From: Antedon mediterranea
Lineage: Eukaryota; Animalia; Echinodermata
Direction: 5' to 3'
Assembly (NCBI RefSeq): GCF_964355755.1
Contig: NC_092672.1
Location: 33,176,437-33,240,436, forward strand
Length of the DNA stretch: 64,000 nt
The notes under the pieces are model-generated. The model saw only the letters and a list, made by a program, of their open reading frames with translations, did no database searches and was not told where the DNA came from. A program made the translations under genes and the position numbers. This document shows positions 50,966 to 64,000 of this stretch, one piece after another; position 1 is the stretch's first letter, and each line of letters starts with the position of its first letter.

Positions 50966-53900
50966 CTATATAAAGATTAAAAAACATGAAATGATAAATA
51001 TAAATGTTGAAGTTCAATAAAATATTTTAAAAATAAACAAATAACACTGCTTTATCTTTAAAATACAGTAAATAATGTAACGATAAAAACATAAAGAATG
51101 ACATTTCAGCAATGACGCATATGATTTTGTAATGTACTTTAAATTGCGTCATTTCATAATATTATTATATAAAGCATAACATTATGATCAACCAATATTA
51201 ATAATAGATTATTACAATTGTAAAGTTAAAGGAAAAAGATAACTGCATTTCAAAATGTATGAAAATCCATAAACAATGCTGATAATATAAAATGTCTAAA
51301 AATAATATAATATTTGTATATAATATTAAAAACAATGATAAAAAAGATTTTTTGGCTTGTTTCAGCATTAAATTTATATTGTGTATTTTCTATTTTCATA
51401 CTTAAAAAAAATTATACATTATTATTGTAGTATAACCTGCCTAGGCCCTACTAAATAACGAAGATTTCGATACAAAATAAAGCATATCGAATTAATTTCA
51501 GTAATTAGAGCAGTTTTTCTTTCAGCAATTAACAGGACAGAAACCCATCAATTCATGACGTATGAACATCATCATTTCATAATTCCGTATTGTCAATATT
51601 GACAGTTAGTCAAATCTTACTATAATGCGAAAATACCGATTTATGATCAACTTGGAATTTACGCTAATCAGTCGTAAATTCATTTACGTTATATCTGATA
51701 TTATCTTATCATCTTATGATGCCATGTCATCGGCCGTACAGATGAAATAGAAATCCACTTTATACAACACTAAAGCAGAATATCAAAGTTATTGAATATG
51801 GAATCATATTTTCTTAGAAACTGCATTATGATATAAATTTCTGTTTGAAAATGATAAATTATATAGTTAATAATAGCGCTGAGTAGGTGTGTGAAGATTA
51901 GTAATTAGTACAGTAGACTTTAAGTTTAGTATGTGAGGAGTCAGCTGACTTGTCAATTGGAATTGATGAATATGATGTCACAAAATAGATAAGAACATTT
52001 TTAAAACTTAGTATAAAATGATGTCAAAATTATTCTAAGCATAAAATTTCAGATAATATTATTGAATAAAGTCTTGGAAAACGGGGAAAAACAATATACT
52101 GCAGTTACTGCATTACTAGATTTTGTTACTGGAATAATGTATGGTGTTTATAGGTTGTTTCAATGAGACAGTCATTGCAATAAACAGGGTACTGTATAAC
52201 CAGGGATTTGTAAAATATATATATATTTTACAACTCCCTGATATAACAAAAAAAGACTAGCTAAATAATTGCCTATTTTAAACAGTTTAAAGAGTAAAAC
52301 AACTTGCAGTAACTGCAGTATAATGTTGACATGGTCTTTTATTTGTATAACAAAATTCAATGTACAATGGTACTTTGTATAATTTTTTTAAGGATTGGCG
52401 CAATACAGTACACACGCTTTATAATTAAGTATACTGTATAAGAAATCAATGTACAGTATTATCATTAAGGGTTTAGTTACTTAATTAAAATAATTGAGAG
52501 GTCACAATGCATACCCATTAGGTATTGGGTTTCACTACTTGGACCACAACATAATTAGTAATACCTTGACAAGAGGAGAATCCAGAGTAAACAAATGGTG
52601 TTTTTCTTTTAATTAATAATACTAATAGTTCAAGTATACAGAACCAATACAGTATATTGGTCCCACTTTAATGCAAGGTAAGGAAGCAAGTTGGCCAATG
52701 ACAAGCGACAGTTTGAATAACCTATCGCTTGTGATTGGTCAAATTACATGCATTGCTTATGTCCTACTGTACATTCCGTCCAATTGGGAATCAAGCTTAA
52801 AAGTCCTTTTAATAATAACAAGAGTGTCCACTGAGTAGAGGTTAAATTTAGCGCAAAAACAACATTTCTCTTTATTGTTATTGTTTCACAAGAAAAAACA
52901 TGCTTCATAAAGCTCTGTCTGTACTATCAAACTTTATATGACAACAAAATTGTGATGTGGTCATTTATGGACATGATGATGTCATACAGTATATCACCAC
53001 TAAATTTGTGCATATCACTACCATATTTGAATATATTCTTAATACCATATTTGATTTGTAGACAGAGCTTTTAAAACAGAAATATCTTTAAACTAGCTTG
53101 TTGACATTTACATTATAGATTATACACGAATTGAAAACGAATTAAACAATAATCGTTGGTGCATGTCGTTTATTTTCGTTGACTGTTGAAATAAATTTCT
53201 ACGCAATTTGTTTTGCTAGATTAAATCCATTAACAGGTATATGAAGTAAAATATTAATAAAAACTAATATTAATAATGTACCAATTGAATGTTATATGTT
53301 GTAATAACAATGTACTGTATTTTACTAATTTATGAATATTAATATTGACATTTTTTAGCACTACTGTATATGTTCTTTTTCATTTGTTGCCTTTACTGTA
53401 TATTGTTCTGTGACATACAATCAGGGCCGTTACATCCACCAGTATAGTTGGTAAGGTTTCAACCTGACCACTTTTTCACAGAGGCCTTTGACAACTCCTG
53501 GCTTGAACAGAGATTGTTCTCTTTTCTTGCGAAATCACTTGACAAGGAAGGCAAATTTTAAGCCATGTATAAATTAAATCAATTTATGAATTGGAATTGC
53601 AAATAAGGTTACCTAAAATATTTTGTAAAAGTTTTTTTTTTTTTAACATTATCTTATTTAAATACAGTATTATTTCTATCTGACAAGACAAATTTCATAA
53701 ATCAAATTAATTATGAATTGAATCATGATATATGAAAGTTATATAATATTATATGTAAACAATTTCATATGTTTCATCAACATTCAATTGTATTCAAATA
53801 AAAATAAAAATTCATTTTTTTCCTTCTTTTTAGCCACCAATGCAGACTATTGACACTTCGTTCATAAATGGAATAGAGTTAACGATGGAAGAACAACATC

Positions 53901-56394
53901 CGATACACAACGCAATTAAAATGTGTTTCGTTCACTAACATACGCCCCAGTTTCTGTGTACTTGGGAATTTACAAATTCTCCATGCAATAGATTTTAGTG
54001 ACATTAACGTAATAATTCACAGAACAGAAAATTCATCATTTGAAGTTTACATTTCTACCACATTATTAAGTAGAGCAAACTCCTTATTTTTTTGTGATAA
54101 AATAAAATAAAATAAATCATTTTTATGATAGCATTTGGTATTTATAGTTCAGGTGATGACAGATATCAGAATTTTATTGAACCAAGTTCATTAAAGTGAT
54201 TGTAAATTCAAAGAAAATTCTCGCAAATCCACTCATGAATATCAACTGCATCTGGATTCGTGGAAAAACAAACATGCAAATAAAGTGTTCGAAAATTTCC
54301 AACAAATTAAAAAAATTTATTGTTTAGTACTAATAGTTTATGGTGGTTAATTAAAAACAAACAAACTTCAAAATTCAAACTTACAAATGCCAAGGAATAC
54401 CTTATCTTAATTTAGGATATAAAATCCAATAAAGGTCAAAGGGTCAATTCTAACCAGTATACAGTGCCAACCAACTGTGCTATTTTATTGTAACCCAGAC
54501 AAAGAAAATTCCATACACAATTTAAATAAAACATTTAATTTTCTGTATTAAAAATCATGATTACATACAAAAATGGTAAGAGGTGCCTAAAATAGTTGGG
54601 ATATCATTTGAGGTTTTGTTTTTAATGTGGATAAAAGTTACAGGGTAGGTGTCGCACTATTTTTTCCAACACACTCAACATTAAAAAATAGTAAATCTAC
54701 ACATGGTCGGTCATGTGATGCTCTTTCAACCAATCGGTTGATGGTCATTGTAATAGATTTTACCACATCTTTTCAAACCACTACACGCTATCTAATTACA
54801 AGGCTGTGATGTGTCTATTGCATTCCCAATGAATAACATTTTTACTGTACAATTACAATTACATTATTTTTTTAGTGGTTGGCTATTATTACCAAATAAT
54901 TTACCAATTAAGTTTATGCATGTCATAAAATCTTGAATCAATCTTCATAAAAATTGATAAACAGATAATATTTGGCCCCTGGATACTCTTATTGTATCCC
55001 TGGTTAATAACTCTGGCCTACAGTATGTTAACTAATAAAATGCATCACTTCCAGAAGACAATACCTTCATAATACAATGACAACATTAAACAACCTATTG
55101 TTTGAAAAAGATACGAGTATTGAATAACATTTTACGACAAGAAATTTGTCAATAACATTGATACTGGCAATTTGTAGCATCATTAAATAATATTCTTATT
55201 AAATTTCACCTTTCATAGCACTGTTTAATTATATAATGCTATTTCTGGTGAGTTAATTCATTACAGTATTATACAAAGGCTGATGCTGTATATTAAGACA
55301 CATATATTGTTGTGTTACATACTGTAATATTCTTCAAAAACATGAATAGTGATTCATGCGTTTGTTGCTTAGTGATAGTATTCAATTAAAGTAGATGTCT
55401 CAAAATATGTAGCATAATTTGTTTAATGGAATATAAGCTCTGTCTACACTATCAAACTAGTGTGATGTGCCCAAATATGGTAGTGATATGACCAAATATG
55501 GTAGTGATATGACATCATCATGTCCATATATGGGCACATCAAATTTTTTTGTCACATAAAGTTTTATAGTGTGACATGGATTTAGAATAGAAAAAAAAAA
55601 CAATTTTAAGAAGGGAACAGGACACTAACATTTTGAACCTTTTTTTAAGCAGAAAAAAAATCTGTAAATTTGTATCACTTAATTTGGTAATAATTAAAAA
55701 ATTACTCATTTATTACAATACAAAACTATTTTTCATAGCATTGTTTTGAAATAGAAAATAATATACGAAAAACAAAAAGCAATTTCAAGAAGAAGAGAAC
55801 ATGACACTAACATTTTGGCTTTTTTTACACCAGCAAAATTCTGTATTTTTTGTATCACATTAATTTGGTTATAATTAAAAACTTACTAATTTATTACAAT
55901 ACAACTATTTTTCATAGCAAGCTGTAAATTGGAGATGCCTCTAGCAGAGAAACTTGTAAACAAACAAGGCCATAAAAATAGCAATACTAGACCCACAGTA
56001 ATACAGTATGCCAAATGTAATAACTTTATGCCAAAACCCATGAACATGAAAACCACATAAAACTACAGTTAAAAAGACCATATAAATACATTTGAATTTT
56101 GTGGTGTTGTCCATAAAAACTCTCACAACTAACATCAAATCTGATACACACTTGACCTGGACACCTATTCATACTGCCACTAGGCTGACAGCACCGCAGA
56201 CAAACACCAAGGGAGGTTAACAGGTCCCTGAAGGTTTCTATCCCTGGTCCAACGGTGGGGAACCGTCTAACATATGATTTCGGTTTCATACTTTGACAGG
56301 TTTGTAATTAGAAATTCGCTAATAAAATAACACCAATAGAAAGTCCAGATATTTTTAACTGTCCAAAAACAAACCGATTTAGAAAGACATCTGA

Positions 56395-56535
56395 AAACAT
56401 CAACACTTTCAAAACACGACTAAAAATCCATTTTTACACAGAGGTATTTCCTGCTTAACTTTGTCAAGCGCCTTTGAATATTATTATGGATACTGGCGCT
56501 ATATAAATCTGATTAATTGATTGATAATTGATTTA
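56395..56535 (+). mobile_element. L2/CR1-group LINE 3' end
   Basis: Encodes NTFKTRLKIHF, followed by the AAGCGCCTTTGA...GGCGCTATATAAAT stem-loop and a (TGAT)n tail. Confidence 0.7.
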
Positions 56536-58523
56536 GAACAGCCCTATTTTAAAACATTTAAGAATAATAATAGAAACAGCTAACCAGCTATTAATAGACT
56601 TTTAAATACCTAACTTATATTTACTGTAATAATCAAGTATAATATGATGAAGTGTCCATGCTCAAATATAATCCTACCCCTAATTTATTCAATATACAGG
56701 GGTATAAACAAGATTCGAGTATAACCCCAACCAATAAACTTTTGCCAAATTTTGATTCAGACCTACTATACTACTATACTCTGTCATATACAGTCATTTT
56801 ACAGTTTGTGTTGGTTTTCTATTTTAGAAATTTGGTAGCAAGTTGGAGAGCTACAGATAATTTGAAATGGAAATATTTTCGAATTAAAACTACTTTTTTA
56901 ATAACATGGTGGTACTGTACACAGTACTATTACACACTATATTCATATAGTGCTTGTTGTTTATATACAGTATTTACGCATAATTATGTAGAATATTGCA
57001 TACGCGTTCACACATAAATTATGAACAGCCAATCAGAAATTGAAAGCCTCTTCATTTATAAATATTAATATAGAATCCTGGATAGCTAGCCCTGAATTAC
57101 CATAGTAGCTATAACTGAAAGGCCACCTTGGATTCATGTATAAAATTAATCAATAATGTAATTTCAAGACTTTCTATATATGCAGACTTCTAAAAAGCAA
57201 AAATTACACGATTTTCCTTATTACAAATTAACTTAATTAGTAATCCCACATTCTGCTCACGCTCAGTAGGCCAGGGAGCATTAAAATCAGTAACATATGA
57301 GTGAGGCATACCATGGTGCCAATTGTCACAAATTAACAAATTCTAAATTTGAGATTAAAAATGGTTTTAATTTGCAAAACGTTCACTAGTCGATAATTGG
57401 ACAGGTAATTATTGGAATTACCTGGCAACTAATGGCCCAAGGGAACAGCGAATTATGACTAGGGTATTTATATCGTCAAGATTGTTAAATTACTTACCAT
57501 GTTCTAAACTGTATGCATAGCAGTAATTGAATGAATAAACGACATGAATAATATAATTAAAGACACAAATGAAAAGATAAAACGCTTTTCATTACCAAAA
57601 AAGGCTACAATGCTGTAAATTTAATTGTATGTTAAACAGGTTAAAGAGTAAACAAAATATAGTTACTGTAGTAACTGCAGTAAAATATTATTGACATAAC
57701 CTAGAAAGACATAAATTAATTTAGTAAAAAAAAATCGCTTTAAAAAATGTTGATGCTATTCTGTAGATAATGTAAGATTGATCAAAATGCTATAGAACCT
57801 GATAAAATCTCGCTGAAAATTAGTTTTTGGACGGCCCCTTAAATGATAATGAACTAATACTGTAGCCTTAAACCCACAAAGCAGTTGGCAGCATACAGTA
57901 TTCTGAATAATGTAGAAGTATACCAGGCCTTGGGAATAGTATGCACGTTACACACGTTATTATTACCTGCATACACATTATTATTACAAAGAGTAAAGGC
58001 AATAATATTATGTTACTAAGCCTGGAAGCATCGCGTGCAGCATCCGCTAAGACTACTACGGGTTACGTGAAGTAACCTAGATGCACAATGAAACGTACGA
58101 ATATAAATTAGTGTCCACATCAATCTTTTTAATGATGGACGGGAGTGAGAGAAAGAAAATGGTTGAGATGATGAAAATGTTATGAGACAAGCTGACAGGA
58201 GATACAGAAAAGGAACTACAGAATAAGGTTATTCGAATCTCTATGCATTCCCTCAATTAATAATTGTTTGTCTGTATATTTTTGAACTAATAAGGTATGT
58301 TAATTAACAGTAAAAAAGAACGAAAACAACAAATTACTGGATGAATCAAAAGACTAGCTCTGTCTACACTAGCTTGTATCAAAGTAGTTAAACAAAAAAA
58401 ATGTGATATGCACAAATATGGTAGAAATAAGCTTAAATATGGTAGTGATGATATGACATCATCATATCTATGGGCACATCACATTATTTTGTCACATAAC
58501 GTTTGATAATGTAGACAGAGCTT

Positions 58524-58765
58524 AGTGGAGTTGTAGCTTGGTGGTTAACGTGCTTGCCTTCCAATCCCAAGGTCCCGGGTTCAATCCTGACCTAGTGCAG
58601 GGTTGTAACTCATGACTCTTTCAACTCCACTCCCTAAGCCTCAAATGAGACTTAGTTTATAAGCACGATAAATTATTAAATAGTTTATCCATCCTGTAAT
58701 TGGCGAGTTACTCGCTGTTAGATGAGTATGAAATAAAAAAAAAAAAAAAAAAATACAAAAAAAAA
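58524..58765 (+). mobile_element. tRNA-derived SINE with poly(A) tail
   Basis: GTAGCTTGGTGGTTAACGTGCTTGCCTTCCAATC...CCCGGGTTCAATCC (A/B boxes, tRNA-Gly-like), body, AATAAA and long A run; its 3' end recurs at about 23960-24050. Confidence 0.8.
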
Positions 58766-60712
58766 ACATCCTGACCCCACCTAACAAACAAAAATAGAAA
58801 CAGATTGTAGAAATCAAAACGACGGAAGATGAGAAACGTTGAGAAGATAATTAACAATATTATTATTATGCATTAAATATGATTACGATGATGTACAATA
58901 TTTATATTAAATTTTGGAAATACTTAAGGACTTGATTAATGATAAGTAATTGGAAAAGATGAAATATTAATGGATTATAAATGACCTACGTAAAGCCACG
59001 AGATGCACTAAAGGTCAAGAAGATGATGTTCAAAATTATCAAATAATTGAGTTTAATTTAAAATAATGATGAGATAAACTTTCTATATTATTCTTTTCCA
59101 AATAATTTTTTTTTATTCACATTCAAAAAATGATTTTATCCAGTGGGCAGATGTTATAAAATGAAATATTAATACATATGGTATACTAAAGGGACAATGT
59201 CAAAATTATGCTACTGCAGTTCCTAAATTTGTTTAACTTAAAAACCTGCAGTCTTTTTTTGGATAACACATCTTTGTTGTAAACAATGGTACTGCAATGA
59301 CTGTTTTATAAACCTCTTCAAGGAACTAAGGTAAAATCATGTCAATTTTTATTTGAAAAACCTGTTTATGCAATATTTAAGAAGTCTTTTTTGGATAACA
59401 CATTGTTTGTAAACAATTATTGCAATGACTGTTTTATGAAACAAAGTAAAATCATGTAAATTTTGACATATTATATGTACATGTATAGATCCATACTTTT
59501 CCAGAATTATACCTGACTGACTCCGGTCAGAGTAAAGAGAGTGGAGGGAGGGCTTCTGGTGCTTTCTGATAGTGATACTGAGATCAAGAAGAAACACATG
59601 TTTCATAAGGTATCCATTGTCTGGGTCATCTTGTGACAGTGTAAACAAGCAATTCTCACGCCTGCATTTTACAGTACAAAGAGTGCTTGCCACTAATTAG
59701 AACAATTTTTACTCTCTCTCAGGATAATGATGAAACTTGTGTGAAAGTATGCCTTAATTGTAACTGGCTATCAAGGTTGAGCATTGGATTGGCAGGTATG
59801 GCTAAAAGGGATGTTTCGTGCACTTGGCTATGCTAGCCAACATGTATGCAACGCATGCAGGGCCATAATGTGGTCATTGTGTTGCAGATTTTTAGGGCTG
59901 GCTGGCCTACCTAAAAGTGAGTGATGGTAATATAATGTAAACATGGTGTGAACTTGGCAAGAACAAACCCAATTTTTTCTGAAGTGACTTTTCCAAACTA
60001 GAGACTACTACAAATACCCTTTCACACTGCCTAGCTAAACTTTGATGTTTAAGCTCTGTTTACACTATCAAACTAGTTTGCCAAAAAAACGTGTGATGCC
60101 CAATGGTTGTGATATGCCCAAATATGGTAGTGATATGACATCATCATCATGTACATATATGGGCACTTTACATTTTTTTGTCACATAGAGTTTGATAACT
60201 TGCTAAGTTATGTGAAAGAGCACAAGTGATGGTAAATAGACTTATTGTAAACTGGTCTAGCTTTTTATACAGAATTTTGAAAAAAAAAAAGAACTACTAC
60301 AATCCTGGCTGTGTAATCAATATTTATGCAATCATAATAAAATATTTTTAAAATTTTAACCTTTGAATATATTTTAATTATAAATTATTAAATTTAGTCT
60401 ATCAACTCATATTGCATCATTTTACAATCGATTTCACTCTAAATACAAAAATATTTGTACATTCTAATGAACCTTGAATATAAACAATAGGAGATGTGCT
60501 TGCCACTGTGAGATTGAGCATTGGTATCTTAGCAACGGTAAATTATTATAAACAGTATAGAAATTATTGAATGTGTTTGGTTTAATATTATTGATATTTA
60601 TTTCAAGTAGGTACAGAGAGTATGCATTAATTTCTGATGAAAAGAATAATAAGAAAAGAATATAACAAAAGAATGCATATATTATATTTTAATTTAATGG
60701 CAAAAATACTGA

Positions 60713-61000
60713 AAAATAAAATAAGCACTGACAAAAATGACAATGCTGTGGGTATCAGTAGCTGGATCTCAATGGAGATACAAAATAAAATAAGCACTGA
60801 CAAAAATGACAATGCTGTGGGTATCAGTGGCTGGATCTCAATGGAGATACAAAATAAAATAAGCACTGACAAAAATGACAATGCTGTGGGTATCAGTGGC
60901 TTGATCTCAATGGAGATACAAAATAAAATAAGCACTGACAAAAATGACAATGCTGTGGGTATCAGTGGCTGGATCTCAATGGAGATACAAAATAAAATGA
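60713..61000. repeat. 69-bp minisatellite (4 copies) derived from a retroelement tail
   Basis: Unit ATAAGCACTGACAAAAATGACAATGCTGTGGGTATCAGTGGCTGGATCTCAATGGAGATACAAAATAAA; its reverse complement matches 13230-13292. Confidence 0.92.
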
Positions 61001-63819
61001 GCAAAAGCTAAATAATTAAACCAATCAAAAAGAAAGTGCCAAGCTTTTGGAAAAAAACTATTCCTTCGTCCATCATATTCTCTGTTAAGACTACATATCA
61101 GTTGAATTTATATACAAATGTCAACATGCATGTTATGTTATTGACATTATTCAAGAATCAAAATTGATTTTTGTAAAATTCTGAAATGTAAAATAGCAAT
61201 TAATTGGAAACATGCATAAGTTTATATTCATATTGTCTACACTACTACAGTACTGTATGTATAACAAAATAAGACGACTGTATATAATTATGCATCTCAA
61301 CGTACTAACACGCAACTGATACTATTGAAAATCAATAACAATTATTCATGATATTGAAGCTTGCATAAATATTAGTCAATATGGTACTGTACAAGATTTT
61401 GGGTTGTGTTTAAAACTGCCATTGCTAACTTCAATAATATTTCGCTCACCCTTTATGTACACTACTGTGTGTATGTATATTAACAGTATTTGTCAACAAG
61501 ATACAAACAAGTCAACTTTATTGTCAAAATAAAATGTTGAGATACTTTTTCTACCCGAGCCATCATCATCTTAAACGCTAGTTGTCGTTAAACATTGCGT
61601 GTCTCACTTGTGTTTGCCCGTCTATAAGTTTTTCAAGCAAGCATGTGATTAGGTCTGCATGTGTTCCGTCTCTTTTTTTATGTTTGCCAATGCCATCCAT
61701 GTTATTTATACCCCGAATAGAATCATTAAATAATACAATGTGATAAATAGTTAAATCGAGACAATATTATCAGATACTGTATGTTGAAGCTTTGATAGCA
61801 ATTCTTTTTTAATTGTTTAGTTTTATGTACAGTACACAATTTGTTCTGAACATCTTAAATTGTTGGAAAACATTTCATCATTAGCATCATAGGACGGGTG
61901 GGGAAACAAAGACAAGTTAGATTCTTTACGGAAAAAATAATATTTAGCACAGATCCTCGTTTTCTTTACCATAATTACCAAATTAAGTCCTGATTACTTT
62001 TGCTAATTTAATGGTGGATACATAAATATATTAAATTGCAAGGAATATTTCCCTTACAAGATTATGGAATAAATTGATTAGGTTCTAATAAATAATATTT
62101 ATTAGTTACTTGATTGGATGAATCTATTGAAGAGGCATATTTGAGTTGATTCTATATAATTTTACGGTTGAATTCAAAATATATTGTTTATAGGATTTTA
62201 AAATAAAATTTAAATCTAAATGGCATTAGTGTACACAGTATAGTAGCTTTAATATAAAACAAAAAAAACCCCCAAAATATCGATTTCTATATTATTAATT
62301 TAAATGTAAATTTATCTATATTACTAAAATTAATTATTTGAATAATAAAATAATGCACTGTACAACAAAATGGTTAGGAATATTTCACTTGTTACGATTT
62401 GATCTAAAAAATCTTATACAGAATCATGCAAAAAGGCAAAAAAGAAATGGACTAACATAAAAAGAAAATTATTAACTTGTATTTCTTAAAATTACATGTA
62501 TCAATTTTTAATTGTTTCATTATTAATATTATTTTAATTTTTATATATATTTAAAACTTTTTTTTAATGACATTTTATACAATTTCTATATATAACTACA
62601 ATGTGTAATATGAAGAATGAAATAAAAGTGGGTTGGCCCCACAAAAGAGAAAAAAAAGGAATATTTCAACAAAGAAAAGGAGTAATATTACTGTATAACC
62701 ATAGTGCGCAGATTCTCCTCCTTTTTTTTGCATTCTTTAAAAACCACATTAGGAAATTTTAAACTTCAAAGACTTAACAAATAAATTCACCATCACTGGC
62801 TAAGAATTTCAAGCAAAGAAAGAAACATAACTGAAAATAACTTGTTAACAGCGGGTCTAACAGCCAACTCCTCGGTAATATTCCAACACACAGCTGGAAC
62901 GCTCTATCTTATTACACTATGTTTTACATCAGGTTAGGCCAGTGTGATCATTTAGTACAGTACTATGAATAAGTACTTTCGGTGCGCATTTAAGCCCCTG
63001 AAGGCAAATGTTAAACTGATGAAAATGAGGTTACTTTCATAAACACTCTCAGGGCCTCAGGCACTTAAAAAGTATTATAAACATTTTAAATGATCGTGTA
63101 AAGATATAACACAAATGAGCCTACTGTAGCATGTTGTAGTTATCTAATATTAAGATTGTTATCTATTCTGTTAATTAAATTATCTTAATACAATTACTTT
63201 TAGTTTTATAGCAGATATCATCTTTCTGATGTTGTGTTATAACAGCATAGGTTTAAACACCTCAATATTTAAGGCCCATTTACACTAGGACAAAATGTAG
63301 TTTAGCAATCTCTCCACACCATCACAACATCTAAATTGCAATCACTGATTCAATGACATTATTTCATTTGATAAATTTAATAATTTGTTTGCATTACAAA
63401 ATATATCAACTTCACTCATAATTCATAATTTATTATGCAGAACAGAATCATATCGATCAAGGATTTATTATACAGGAATCCATTTTAATTTGCAATGATA
63501 ATTGTTGCTATAAACTGCATAATCGATTTATGTACATTTTCATATTTCTCGTTAATTATATTTCAGTTTCAGATACTAAACATGGTCATTAATATTAAAA
63601 ATGCATGAATATGTGCAGCTACTAGCTAGAGGGTCTTGTAAATTGACACTTTATGTATGCTTATTTTTCTCAGTAGCCTAAGAAGTCAATTATTAATATT
63701 TTATTGCTGTCTATGAATGATTAATCAAACATACTGGAATATTATACATTATTACAAATTTTGTTTTTTTAAGTAGTTTCTCTAATTTCTACTACCGATG
63801 GGTTACTATTTTAGGTGCC

Positions 63820-63894
63820 ACTACTCTAATAGTAACCCACTACTCTAATAGTAACCCACTACTCTAATAGTAACCCACTACTCTAATAGTAACC
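63820..63894. repeat. 19-bp tandem repeat (ACTACTCTAATAGTAACCC)n
   Basis: About 4 copies. Confidence 0.9.
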
Positions 63895-64000
63895 TCCTTC
63901 TAAATAGCCTTCTAACAACCTAAAAAACAATCAAAAAATAATAACCCAGGGTTGCAATTAGAAGATTTACAGTATACCAATGGTAGGCCTTGTGCACACA

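Noticed and set aside
58524-58600. tRNA-Gly gene
   Set aside because: Acceptor stem does not pair; followed by a SINE body and poly(A) tail.
60627-61011. 124/125-aa repeat-protein ORFs
   Set aside because: By-product of a 69-bp (23-codon) tandem repeat of retroelement origin, open on both strands.

Overview
AT-rich, intron-rich animal genomic DNA, probably an invertebrate (a deuterostome such as an echinoderm is a guess from gene and repeat content). Three protein-coding genes were reconstructed by reading splice sites. (1) A minus-strand ionotropic glutamate receptor: 13 exons from 8721 down to 116, with the 3' end outside the window and a glycine/D-serine-type 'FIWD' ligand pocket. (2) A divergently oriented plus-strand PXYLP1/ACPL2 histidine phosphatase (12181-15449). 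(3) A minus-strand calsyntenin: 12 exons from 50965 down to 23782, with the 5' exons outside the window. Non-coding DNA holds a young, internally deleted Gmr1-like Ty3/gypsy element with a nested TTAA (Kolobok-like) MITE, a composite 5S+tRNA+Deu/Nin-domain SINE, two abundant palindromic Harbinger-like MITE families, LINE/SINE remnants and many tandem repeats. The most notable observations are a minimal type-I hammerhead ribozyme in sense orientation in a PXYLP1 intron, whose element tail reappears as a 69-bp minisatellite 47 kb away, and a candidate 54-nt in-frame cassette exon in the calsyntenin LamG domain. All calls were made by eye; no searches were run.
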